Source of the DNA: Lytechinus pictus
Lineage: Eukaryota
Length of the DNA stretch: 60,000 nucleotides
Reading direction: 5' to 3'
NCBI RefSeq assembly: GCF_037042905.1
Contig: NC_087249.1
Location: forward strand, 7,814,001 to 7,874,000
Below are positions 38,288-50,758 of this stretch, piece after piece. Every line of letters starts with the position of its first letter. Within the stretch, counting starts at the first letter, position 1. The notes beneath the pieces were generated by a model, which saw only the letters and a program-made list of their open reading frames with translations, did not search any database and was not told where the DNA came from. Both the position numbers and the translations under genes were made by a program.

Positions 38288-40832
38288 TGAATGCATTTGA
38301 GGAAAACATACTGTATATATCAAAATATCTAAAGAAAAATGATGATAAATAATAATAAAACATGAACTCCATTTTCAATTTTCATATTGAAGCTATTATT
38401 AAAGAAATTTATAATTTTCATGAAAATCTAGGCAATAACTATTAACGTCTCTCATCTATGATACAAAAAAATAATTTCGTCTTGAAATCATAATAATCAA
38501 AGGTAGAAATGAGACACCACAGTTCTCGGTGTGAGTATCATATTACCTTGATTATTGGAAATTCTTATCTTTGATAATTTTAAGTCTAATAATTCTCCAT
38601 CTTCAGATTGATTCAATTCTCATCGAGTACACCCAATTTATGTCTGCTGCCCTCACTCCACAAATGCAAGAAAGGACTGATGTATTTTCATGCAAACATG
38701 TTAATAGACCAATTTCCCTTTATAATTATTGTACAATGTACATGTAGCAAATAAAAGAAATGTAAAACTTTGTCCTTGTTTTTTGTTTAATATCATTAAA
38801 CATGATATTCCCTTGATATTTCTTTGTTACAAAACGATATCAAAAGAATAAAATAAAAGTCACAATTAATTGTAAAATATATATATTGGATATTTGATAG
38901 GCCTACTGTTCTTAAGAATAGCAAATGTGACTACATGTACAAATGCAAATAATAATAGCATAATAGCTCGTTTTCAAAGTCCAGAGACAAATCCACTGGG
39001 CCACAACGTTCCACGAATGACTGGAAACTTTGGAATGCATACAAGTATGAAGTACTAAAATGAATATGAAGCTAAAGTTTGTCAGACTCATGACAGATAT
39101 AGGGACTTTCCCCTGTAAACAAGTTCTTACAGTCATATGTCAATATGGGTATTTTAGATTTTTACGCAATTGAAACACACATTTGGCTTGTCATACTCTA
39201 GTCCCATCATGAGTGATGTTGAGCATACTGGAGGACAAATATTGGGCATCTCATTCAGTATTACGTACTGTATGTATATTCCAAGTCATTCATACAGTTC
39301 AGCATAACTTTCAGAAAAGCTGTAAGAAACAGTCCTTGGCCTGCGGCTGAAAGCCCTCAATGAGGTAGGAAATAATCATTATGTTTAGGGGCTATTTTTT
39401 CCACATTGGGGGCATTTGAAGAATTTCACGGACTATTTTTTTTTCATTTTAGGGGCTACTTATTAGGGGCGACAAGCATATATAAATGCAGTAAAAGAAT
39501 ATATCATTCTACCATAATATTTATTTTCTAAATAATATTGTATATTATTAGTGACAGATCTTGGGAACTCTAGACAAAATCGATGGTTGCCCAAAAGCAT
39601 GCATTTTGGGGGAATTTTGAGGGGCGATTTTAGCAGCCATGAGGGCAAAATAGCCCATCGCCCTCAAGTATTTCCCATGCTGGTTGAAAGTGGCATAGAA
39701 TAGTTAAACTTTGTCTTGAACCTACAGTACATGTACGTCCAGCTCATTACTCGTGTTAATCATTTACAGAAATAAATCAAGAAATATTTGAACAATTATT
39801 TTGCAAGGAATAAAATAAGAAAATTCCTCACCTGAATAAAGAAAACTCATATCCTGATACATGTTATTTAGTATTCCTATTTTTAAGTCTACAATTCAAT
39901 AAATACAGAAATTAAAGCAAAAATATTCTTGGATGATAAACGCAGTATAAGAATGTACACAAAATAGTATTATTCAATAAAATTACCCATGAGCTGTTGC
40001 TGCTGGTCTCTGGACACCACTCTCTTTAATAAAACTTGCCATGTTCTCTCCTTCTGAAATACTCTACTTTAAAAGTGAGAAGTCCTGCCGCAATATAAAT
40101 CAATGACTCTTCTCTTTCACAAGTATAGATCTCATTGATCCTGCACTAGTGTGTGTGGAATTCTTTGTCCAGGCCAGCTATACACAAAAAGCATACCGGT
40201 ACACCTGGGAGTGGGTATACCTGCTTTCACATGCAACAGTCCTGTGACCATACACGTTCCAAAACTGTCAAAAACGTAACCAATTTCTATTTTACAGCAC
40301 TTATAATGTAGCTTCGCATTTAACATGTTTCTTTACCCCCCCCCCCCCCAAGCTCAAGTGCTGAATCTTCTTCAATATTTTGTTATCAAGTTTGGATCAT
40401 TTTTATACATGTGTCCTAATGAAGATAAATATCATCAGGTATGTAGGTCAATTTAAATATGCCATCAGAACTCATTTGAAGTCAGTATTTTGTGATACAT
40501 ACAGGTTACCGAAAATGTACAGAGTTACAGTTTAATAGGTTAAAAAAGTGAAAGAGGATTTCGCTTTCAGGAAACAAATAAAAAGGAAGTTCTATCTCGT
40601 AAACGACTTTGATCTAAGGCATAAAAAAACTGATTATGAGGCTCTGCGCAAAATTCTTGGATTGTTATAAAAAAGGGGGTCTGAATTTTGAAACGACTTA
40701 GGCTGAATGGGATGCACACAATTTATATGGCTCAAATTGTTTAACTTTACTCGTAACAGTCTATTATTACTTACCGTATTCTCATTAAAAACATACATGA
40801 AGACATGTACATTGGGACAATCAATTCACCTT

Positions 40833-41092
40833 GGCCCCATCTTACAAAGAGTTACAATTGATGGAAAGCCAGTATAACATCAACATCCAAAATACATGTT
40901 AGTTCAAAATATTTTCTATATATGATATACATTCATACAGTCAATGTTTTCTTGACAATTCAGTATGCTTCTCTTTGTTTTGAAAGAACATTGTGCAAAT
41001 TTCCTAAAGAAAAAATTATGGCATTGATGGATTTCCATATACATGTACTTGAGGTTGATCGGATCAATCGTAACTCTTTGTAAGATGGGGCC
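40833..41092. mobile_element. Harbinger-like MITE, same family as 7442-7714
   Basis: GGCCCCATCTTACAAAGAGTTAC / GTAACTCTTTGTAAGATGGGGCC. Confidence 0.8.
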
Positions 41093-42953
41093 CTGGCCTG
41101 TCTCAAGACCCGCTGTTTGATAAAAGTGTAAAAATGAGGGTTTGTGTCTGCAGACTATGTTACATGATGTTCGTGACTATGGAAGATATCAAAATGACAC
41201 TTTGTCAAACATTTGCTGAGTTGAATGGGTAAACAGAATGAAAATTAACACTTTTCAAGCATTGAGTTAAACAATCCACTACCATTTGATGACCTATTTT
41301 CTATTAAACTGTACAGATACAAGTGTGAAAGTTCTGTGAAATTGATCATAAATCATTTCCTGGACTGAATGAACAGGGCACACTGCTTTCAATTTCGATT
41401 CATCGAAACGCCTATTAATATTCCATTATTAAAACCAGGAAATATTCACCTCGTACATGTCATGTACACCAAAATATTACAAATTTATGGAAAGACCATC
41501 CTCACAATATACACAGAAATGACTTGAATTTAACTGAGAATCATGATTTGATGCCTTTTTTTTTTTAAGTGAATAAACCTATAGGCTACATATAATTCAA
41601 ATGCATCCGTACTTTGAATGAAGAACTATTTTCTTCTGTAAATTAATGATGAGGCATTAATAAGTATTTTACTCAAGGAAGCTGGTTCCATATTAAGGAG
41701 GTGAGCCATGCTATTGAAAAAAAAGACCTAAAGTACATTTCTATTTTATATTTTTGTTTATATTTATAATTCATTTTCTTTCTACATCACACCCTAACTA
41801 TAAACAGTGGTTAATCTCGTGCACATTGTAGATCCGGGTAATGCGACATTTATTTCAGTTCTTAATTCATCTGAAAACACAGAATGAGGATTACATTTAT
41901 GCAACGACTTTCAGTATCTAGGGGAAACGTTTGCTTTTAATGTTACACTGTCTGTAGGTGAAGTTTCATGTTCCGTGATAAGAGCAGCTTTTCCAATGGA
42001 CCATTGTCATCAAAGCAGATGACATGAATGAAATCGTTATTTTTTCTTTATGTAAATTTTTTATTATATAAAAGAAAAATTATGATTAAGTATGGCATAT
42101 GGACATTAATTTGTCGGTATCCATCATAAGAATATGCTCATGGTGCAGGAAAGAAAACTCATCAACAATCTATTAAAACTGGGTTGTATTCTCACAAATA
42201 AACCAGAATTTTAGTCTAAACTATATACATTTCCTTTAAAAAAAAATAGTGAATCCAGCCGGTATAAATGATGCTTGACAAAGTGATAAGTGTTTATGTG
42301 GCATTTACATGTAATTTAGGGGTGGATCAATCAACTAAGCTCCAAAGAGATCATCAAATACTGTTTAATAATCATCTTCATTTTCCAAAGTAAGAGGGTG
42401 GTCAGTCTCTGTTTCTCTCATTTGGTGATGTGTCAAGAAAGTTCTCGAGAAAGCTATCCCGAGATCAATATCTCTGACCAAAGGGCAAGGAAACTTCCCT
42501 GAAGGGATCTCCTCAGAAGTATTTCTTTTTTAAAGTATAGCGTCATGACCTGTACACTTTAAGGCCACCGCACACCATGCAATTGGTAATTGGTAAATTA
42601 ATGCTTATATGGAAACATGGAATATTTCACTGTGCAATGTTCTAAATCATCAAACGGCTACCTGTGTTCAAATCTGTGACTACGCTATCATCCTTATTAG
42701 AATAAAAGCAAGTTTAATAATGTAGTTGTAATGATGTCATAGCAATCATACAATTGGGTACGATTTGAAACTGTCTTGACCTTTACTAAAAAAAAAAGGC
42801 TTGCAATCATCCATCTTTGTTATAATTAGTATTCCTGCTGTTTTAATTTGAACCTAAAATAAAAAGACACTTTTCATTCACATAAATGAGCCAAATGTGA
42901 TTTGTTCCAAAATCGGATCGTGCACCAGTCGTAAGATGTGCTATGCCCTTTAA

Positions 42954-43538
42954 AGGTCAAGTCCACCCCAGAAAACCGTACAGTTGATTTAAATAAATAA
43001 AGAAAAATCAAACATGAATAACGCTGAAAATCGGATGTAAAATAAGGAAATTATGACATTTTAAAGTTTCGCCTAATTTCACAAAACTTATATGCACATC
43101 CTGGTCGGTATGCAAATGAGGAGACTGATGATGTCATCCACTCACTATTTCTTTTGTATTTTATTACCGGTATATGAAATAGGGAATATTCTATTTTTCT
43201 CCTCATTGTCGAGTGAAACAACAATAAATTCTTCCCTGAACATGTGGAATGAGCGTTGTTTTTATTATTCAGACAAGTTGATCCTTATTGTCAAATCTAT
43301 AAAAAATGAAATATTGTATAATTCAAACAATAAAAAACAAAAGAAATAGTGAGTGAGGGACATCATCAACTTTCTCATTTGAATTGTGCATATCACTGTT
43401 TTGTGAAAAATAAGCAAAACTTTAAAGTGTCATAACTTTCTTATTTTACATCCGATTTTGATGAAATTTTCAGCATTTTGCTAGTTTGATTTTTCTCTAT
43501 TTATTCAAATCAACATTTTTCTGGGGTGGACTTGACCT
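42954..43538. mobile_element. Kolobok-like MITE (family copy 3, inverted relative to copy 2)
   Basis: TTAA TSDs at 42950-42953 and 43539-43542. TIRs AGGTCAAGTCCACCCCAGAAAA / TTTTCTGGGGTGGACTTGACCT. Confidence 0.92.
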
Positions 43539-44518
43539 TTAAGAAACTGTTTTCAGGGACCTTCTCAACAAATCAGCTCTACATTGAAAATCTCTCTCTC
43601 TCTCTGTTATATATTTTCTGACCTGTTACAGTAGTAAACACTTTTGTTGAATGCTAGGTTTCATGTTCCTTATCTAGTCAATACCCATGACAAATGAAAT
43701 GTACAGGTTTAATTAATTTCTTTATCTATCCACCATGTATAGAGTAAAATACAGAAATTTGGTTTGGTCTACATGTGTATTTCAACATACATCATAAAAC
43801 TAACATGTCTTAAAAGTTAAATAGGCCTATGCTACCTTTTAATGAATCATGGAAAGTAATTTTGCCCTCGCATTGATTTTCATTCTTATATATATATATA
43901 TATTTTTTATTTTTTTTTTTGGGGGGGGGGGTAAACCGTAAAGTTACCCGGTTTTGGGACAATTTCCACTGATGCTATGAAGGTACACATTTTTTTTTTC
44001 CTCCTGCAACAATTATAATGGCATATAAGGTACTGCACATGCATAGCAAATAGGCCATGCTGGATTCATCCAGAGTTCATGTGTTCCAGCGGTTCAGATT
44101 CGCTCTTGACTGTGGTTGTTCAGTGAAATCATTCATTTTCAAACTTTGGTTTACGTCTCCAAATTTTAAAAAATGTTCCGTAGATATGATACTTTGAACC
44201 TTTTGGACTGGTATTTTTCTACTATAAGCCGCATGTTTAGCCCATTTACAAGAACCAAAATAAGAATCGTTAAACCAGAAAAATTAAAACAACCACTTTG
44301 ATCAATGTTCATAGAATTTACCAATAGACAAACTTCAGGGGAGTGCTCCATGACAGAAATTATTGGATGATTTACAGTTTAGACAGTTTCCATAGTAACA
44401 GTGCTTCTCGACCAATCAAAATCAAGGAAAGTGGTTATCTGACAACTTTCCTTGTTAGACAAAATAATATTGATGAAATACTCCCAAGAAGTTCAGACAA
44501 AAAAACAAGAGTACTTAC

Positions 44519-44654
44519 CTCACTCTGTGAGGAGGATCATTGCTCGTCAATTCAGCCAATGTGTAGTCCATCCTAAAAAGGATTTCAGCCAAGTCCACGC
44601 TCCATGAAATGTCTAGATCGACTACATTTTGAAACGTTCACCAAGATTCCGACA
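44519..44654 (-). other. Candidate spliced exon (136 nt) of an unidentified minus-strand transcript
   Basis: Strong acceptor ttttttcatttccag and donor AG|gtaagt. Stops occur in all frames before a late ATG (MDYTLAELTSNDPPHRV..). Confidence 0.45.
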
Positions 44655-45030
44655 CTGGAAATGAAAAAACAATATCAGCAAAAAACATTTCATGTACAGT
44701 ATTTGCAGTAGTACACTTCATCCTTTAAGAAATCTTGTAAAAAGTTTGTGTCATGCCTTTAAGAAACCATAAAGCTTTAAAGTCAGCATAAAGATAGGTC
44801 CTTTAATTGTGCATTTTACCGGTTTAAAATGGGACGTACAATCACTGGCGTTTATCCAAAGGGAAAATTGAATTATCTCTGAATAGAGTATGTGAGTGTC
44901 GAGTATCATTGTGCAGAGATAATTTAAAGGTGATCAAATGTATAATTATTAAAAATATTTCCTTTTTGCGACAATTTTGGTTTCATTTGCATCATTGCAC
45001 TAATTTCACATTTTTTTAAATTTTTATTAA

Positions 45031-45326
45031 AGGGATGGTCCGGGCTGAAAGTATTTATAGCTTAATAAATAGTGTAGAATTCACTGAGCAAAATGCCGAA
45101 AATTTCATCAAAATCGGATTACAAATAACAAAGTTATTGAATTTTTTAGTTTAGCAATGATCACCTAATGAATATTCATGATGACTGTTTTCACAAAATA
45201 TTGCTAAACTTTAAACTCAATAACTTTATTATTTGTTATCCGATTTTGATGAAATTTTCGTCATTTTGCTCAGTGAATTCTACTCTATGTATTAAGATAT
45301 AAATATTTTCAGCCCGGACCATCCCT
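45031..45326. mobile_element. Near-palindromic Kolobok-like MITE
   Basis: TTAA-AGGGATGGTCCGGGCTGAAA ... TTTCAGCCCGGACCATCCCT-TTAA, with ~125-bp inverted arms. Confidence 0.92.
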
Positions 45327-46019
45327 TTAAGGTCTGTGATGGCAAAAAATTCATTTCATAAGGCACCCTTATTCTAAACACACATTATCTAATTTTCCCA
45401 TTCTCATCTTACCTCTGTATAAAGAAAATAAAGAAACTCTCATTGAAAAAATCTCAGACTGTTTAATCCACATTGCTCATTTCGATATAAAATACTTTGT
45501 ATTTCTTTTAGCTTTTCTTCTGAAGTTTTATTTGATTATAATTGATAAGCAACCATTATTTTTGTCTTTGTATAACATAATCATTTTAAAAGACCAAAGC
45601 AACATTTCCAAGGCTTCAGTCTCTCCAATTATAAATTGCACAACCCTTGAAAGATGTTTGTGGACACCATTAAGGACAATATATATATATCGCATATTGA
45701 TATTAACTGCAAACATCACAAAAAAAGTAAATAGCCATCACAAAAAAAGTAAATAGCCTTAACGGTACCCCTGTATACATACATGTAGCCCTTGATGTGG
45801 GGTGCCCCTGAAATTTTAAATATTAAAGTCAACATTATATTGCTATCATCCAATTCCCCCCCCCCCCCACACACACTGATCCAATCGGTTTACTTCATTG
45901 CATGTGACTCATATTAATTTAAGTTAGCAGAAGTGATTTAATTTTGATGCAATACAAAAGATTTTTCTATCAGAGGCCTAAAATGTATTAAAGACATTCT
46001 TCAAAATGATAATAAAATA

Positions 46020-46290
46020 ATACCCAATATTTATAATACACTTTTCACAAATGGCCCAAAGCGCTTCAGTTTACCTCATGATCCATACAAACACAAATAC
46101 AGAATGGCATACATATAAAATGTAGGCAGTTGCCTAGAACAAAAACATTTTTAGGGACTTCTTAAAAGATTCAAATGTTGAGGATTATCTTAATGTGAGA
46201 GGGAGTTTGTTCTAGTCAATTGACAATGCAACAGTGAAGTCTTAATCTCCGGTCTGTCTTTGTTTAGTTGGATATGCCACTAATGATTAC
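46020..46290 (-). mobile_element. L2/CR1-group LINE 3'-end fragment
   Basis: The minus strand reads NKLPLTLR.SSTFESFKKSLKMFLF, resembling the WNxLP..FKxxLKTxLF end of L2 ORF2. Most of it is duplicated at +2050. Confidence 0.6.
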
Positions 46291-49200
46291 ACATGCGGGC
46301 TCGCACTAACGTACTTCTGTCTGTAAATGGGGATGATGGTAAAATGACAGAAATTGTTAAATTAATCCCCAGAAATGATGTTTATTCCTGTCTCGCAAGT
46401 ATGCATCAATATATTTTGCGACTTCACACTTTTGTTTACATCTTAAGGCATTTGCCCTAGTGCAGAACTTGTGATTGAACATCAGTGTTTCCACTCTTCC
46501 CGAAATTCAGGAAATTTCAGGAAATTTTGACTTTTTACAGGAAAGGTTCGGGAAATGAAAAAATTCCAGGAAATTCTGGGACATCCAAAATTACAAATAT
46601 TTAAACATAGGCATAGCCACACTCTAGGCGACACCCCAATACTTACCCGTGCTAATAAACTGGGACTCCACTCACGCGCATTTGGGCCGCCCTAGCTTAG
46701 AACTAAGCTTTGTTTTACTAAAAAATAAATCTTGTAATGATTCAATAAATGTTACTTAATAAATTAGTACTGTTAAATCGGTACTCACCGGTTCTTTTCT
46801 TGAATTTTCTGGCAATTTCCCACGCTTCTGGCTTCAATTCTGCGGCTGTTCCTGTCGCGGTAGACAGCTACATATGCAACTTTATTTATAAATAGAGCGC
46901 CCCTTACGATAGTTGTTAAGAACGCGGCCAAATTGTTAGGTTTTTTGCACTGTGTCCAAGGCGTTTTTATTTTGTTTGATTTTTTATTTTTAATAAATAT
47001 TTTGTTAAATAGCAATTTTTACGTCAAATATTAAATTCATATCACAAAATATTTTTAATTGTAGAAATATATATAATATCATGCAATTATTCATTCTATA
47101 TATATTTTATAATAAAATTTATAATTGTTGCGGTCTTTAAAAAAGGATAGTCGATTGATCAGGTGATGACCACACATATCACGTGATCTGAAAATCAGCT
47201 TCATACCGCTTTGATCGCACTCGACGGTGACCGGACTGACTGCCAAAAAAAGATCGAAAAATGACTCAAATGTAAGTTTCCCTTTATTTTATTAAATTCA
47301 AATTAGGAATAGGAATATATTTAATGGGCAATCTTTTAATAAATGATAAACAAATGAGGACAAAACTCATATTTTGGGAGTAATATCATACTTGGGTGCA
47401 GGAAACAGTACGTTTAGAAGTTCTAACCTGTTTTTAACGCATTGTCGCCTATGAGGTCCATACATGTTAATGTTTGGACCTCATTGGTACTAGGAGTGGC
47501 ATAGCCATAGGGGCCTAGGCTAGCATCTTTGAATATATTCATGTTATATTTAAAGAATTGTTTACCTCAAATACTAGCTCAAAATTTTCCGCTTGCATTC
47601 CGTGCTTGTATTACTTAATTTTGTTCCTATTTTTTAAGAGGGCATGAACAAATATGTTAGATTCCTTGACCTTGATTTTGGTCACTTGCCACTTTGACCA
47701 AATTTTTTAGGCTTGCTCAAGTTCAAGTTGCTGTATTTTTGCCCGATTTTTGTTAAAAATCAAAATTCCAGGAAATGTCTAAGAATTTCTGGCAATTTGT
47801 TTTTGATCTGGGTAAGAGTTCCATATGAACACCACAATATCAATATAATAATGCAGAGAATCGAGAATGTGTGTCAATGTGACCACTCCTAGTACCAATG
47901 AGGTCCAACATTACATGTATGAATGTGATTACATGATGATGATGATGATGAAGTCTTCGAACCCACGTAAATGTGAACGTATGGGACTGTTATGGAATTT
48001 TAGTGGAAATATTCAGTTTTATACAGTATTAAGATTGAGAAACGCTACAATAGTTTCCCGTTCTGTTGGCCCACATTAATAAACAGTCTAAAGACAAACA
48101 TACATTCTTAGGTTCTAATTCATTGAGAGTTTATATACAAACACAAATACAGAATGGCATACATATAAAATGTAGGCAGTTGCCTAGAACAAAAACATTT
48201 TTAGGGACTTCTTAAAAGATTCAAATGTTGGGGATTATCTTAATGTGAGAGGGAGTTTGTTCTAGTCAATTGACAATGCAACAGTGAAGTCTTAATCTCC
48301 GGTCTGTCTTTGTTTAGTTGGATATGCCACTAATGATTACACATGCGGGCTCGCACTAACGTACTTCTGTCTGTAAATGGGGATGATGGTAAAATGACAG
48401 AAATTGTTAAATTAATCCCCAGAAATGATGTTTATTCCTGTCTCGCAAGTATGCATCAATATATTTTGCGACTTCACACTTTTGTTTACATCTTAAGGCA
48501 TTTGCCCTAGTGCAGAACTTGTGATTGAACATCAGTGTTTCCACTCTTCCCGAAATTCAGGAAATTTCAGGAAATTTTGACTTTTTACAGGAAAGGTTCG
48601 GGAAATGAAAAAATTCCAGGAAATTCTGGGACATCCAAAATTACAAATATTTAAACATAGGCATAGCCACACTCTAGGCGACACCCCAATACTTACCCGT
48701 GCTAATAAACTGGGACTCCACTCACGCGCATTTGGGCCGCCCTAGCTTAGAACTAAGCTTTGTTTTACTAAAAAATAAATCTTGTAATGATTCAATAAAT
48801 GTTACTTAATAAATTAGTACTGTTAAATCGGTACTCACCGGTTCTTTTCTTGAATTTTCTGGCAATTTCCCACGCTTCTGGCTTCAATTCTGCGGCTGTT
48901 CCTGTCGCGGTAGACAGCTACATATGCAACTTTATTTATAAATAGAGCGCCCCTTACGATAGTTGTTAAGAACGCGGCCAAATTGTTAGGTTTTTTGCAC
49001 TGTGTCCAAGGCGTTTTTATTTTGTTTGATTTTTTATTTTTAATAAATATTTTGTTAAATAGCAATTTTTACGTCAAATATTAAATTCATATCACAAAAT
49101 ATTTTTAATTGTAGAAATATATATAATATCATGCAATTATTCATTCTATATATATTTTATAATAAAATTTATAATTGTTGCGGTCTTTAAAAAAGGATAG

Positions 49201-50184
49201 TCGATTGATCAGGTGATGACCACACATATCACGTGATCTGAAAATCAGCTTCATACCGCTTTGATCGCACTCGACGGTGACCGCACTGACTGCCAAAAAA
49301 AGATCGAAAAATGACTCAAATGTAAGTTTCCCTTTATTTTATTAAATTCAAATTAGGAATAGGAATATATTTAATGGGCAATCTTTTAATAAATGATAAA
49401 CAAATGAGGACAAAACTCATATTTTGGGAGTAATATCATACTTGGGTGCAGGAAACAGTACGTTTAGAAGTTCTAACCTGTTTTTAACGCATTGTCGCCT
49501 ATGAGGTCCATACATGTTAATGTTTGGACCTCATTGGTACTAGGAGTGGCATAGCCATAGGGGCCTAGGCTAGCATCTTTGAATATATTCATGTTATATT
49601 TAAAGAATTGTTTACCTCAAATACTAGCTCAAAATTTTCCGCTTGCATTCCGTGCTTGTATTACTTAATTTTGTTCCTATTTTTTAAGAGGGCATGAACA
49701 AATATGTTAGATTCCTTGACCTTGATTTTGGTCACTTGCCACTTTGACCAAATTTTTTAGGCTTGCTCAAGTTCAAGTTGCTGTATTTTTGCCCGATTTT
49801 TGTTAAAAATCAAAATTCCAGGAAATGTCTAAGAATTTCTGGCAATTTGTTTTTGATCTGGGTAAGAGTTCCATATGAACACCACAATATCAATATAATA
49901 ATGCAGAGAATCGAGAATGTGTGTCAATGTGACCACTCCTAGTACCAATGAGGTCCAACATTACATGTATGAATGTGACTACATGATGATGATGATGATG
50001 AAGTCTTCGAACCCACGTAAATGTGAACGTATGGGACTGTTATGGAATTTTAGTGGAAATATTCAGTTTTATACAGTATTAAGATTGAGAAACGCTACAA
50101 TAGTTTCCCGTTCTGTTGGCCCACATCAATAAACAGTCTAAAGACAAACATACATTCTTAGGTTCTAATTCATTGAGAGTTTAT
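46085..50184 (+). repeat. 2050-bp tandem duplication (46085-48134, 48135-50184)
   Basis: Copies are identical apart from about four substitutions seen by eye. ORF-track entries repeat at an offset of 2050. There is 5-bp ATACA microhomology at the junctions. Confidence 0.97.
46789..47277. promoter_or_regulatory. Candidate divergent promoter with two first exons (duplicated at 48839-49327)
   Basis: Minus strand: TATTTATAAATA (~46883-46894), then a CpG-containing exon ending CCG|GTGAGT at 46789. Plus strand: palindrome ATCACGTGAT (~47178-47187), then a CpG-rich segment and ATGACTCAAAT|GTAAGT (47261-47277). Confidence 0.4.
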
Positions 50185-50424
50185 ATACAGACTTACAGTT
50201 ACATAACAGACAGCACAGTCATAAGTTGTAACCCGAACAAATCTCCGTGCCCGAAGGAAGTGAAGTCAGTCGAGCTCGTATGGAGAGCAGCCCCCCCGGA
50301 TCGGAGATCGAGAGCAGCCAGGATCAGTCCGATCGCGACCAGTCTCGGCCCCCGGGAATCATCATCCGACGAGACCGAGAGAATTGCTCTTTACCGCAAG
50401 TACCAAAACTATATATCGTCGTAA

Positions 50425-50636
50425 TCTTCATCACCATCATCATATCATCATCATCACCATCACTAGCGTACCTACGGGGGGGGGCAGGGGGGGCAGAGTG
50501 CCCCCCCTGACGAGCCACAACCCATACAAAAGACATGTACCTGCCCCCCCTGACGAGCTTAAAAGACCTTTTTTGTCCCCCCTGACGAGCTTGAAGACCT
50601 TTATTGCCCCCCCCCCCCCCTGGATGAGCTTGAAGA

Positions 50637-50677
<41 letters not shown>

Positions 50678-50723
50678 TGTCAATTTTTTTCTGGTACGAA
50701 AACCTTCATTTTTTCATTGAAGA

Positions 50724-50758
<35 letters not shown>

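Noticed and set aside
46785..47015. 76-aa ORF present twice (also 48835-49065)
   Set aside because: The repetition comes from the tandem duplication. The ORF has a non-ATG start, an AT-rich low-complexity N-terminus and no domain.
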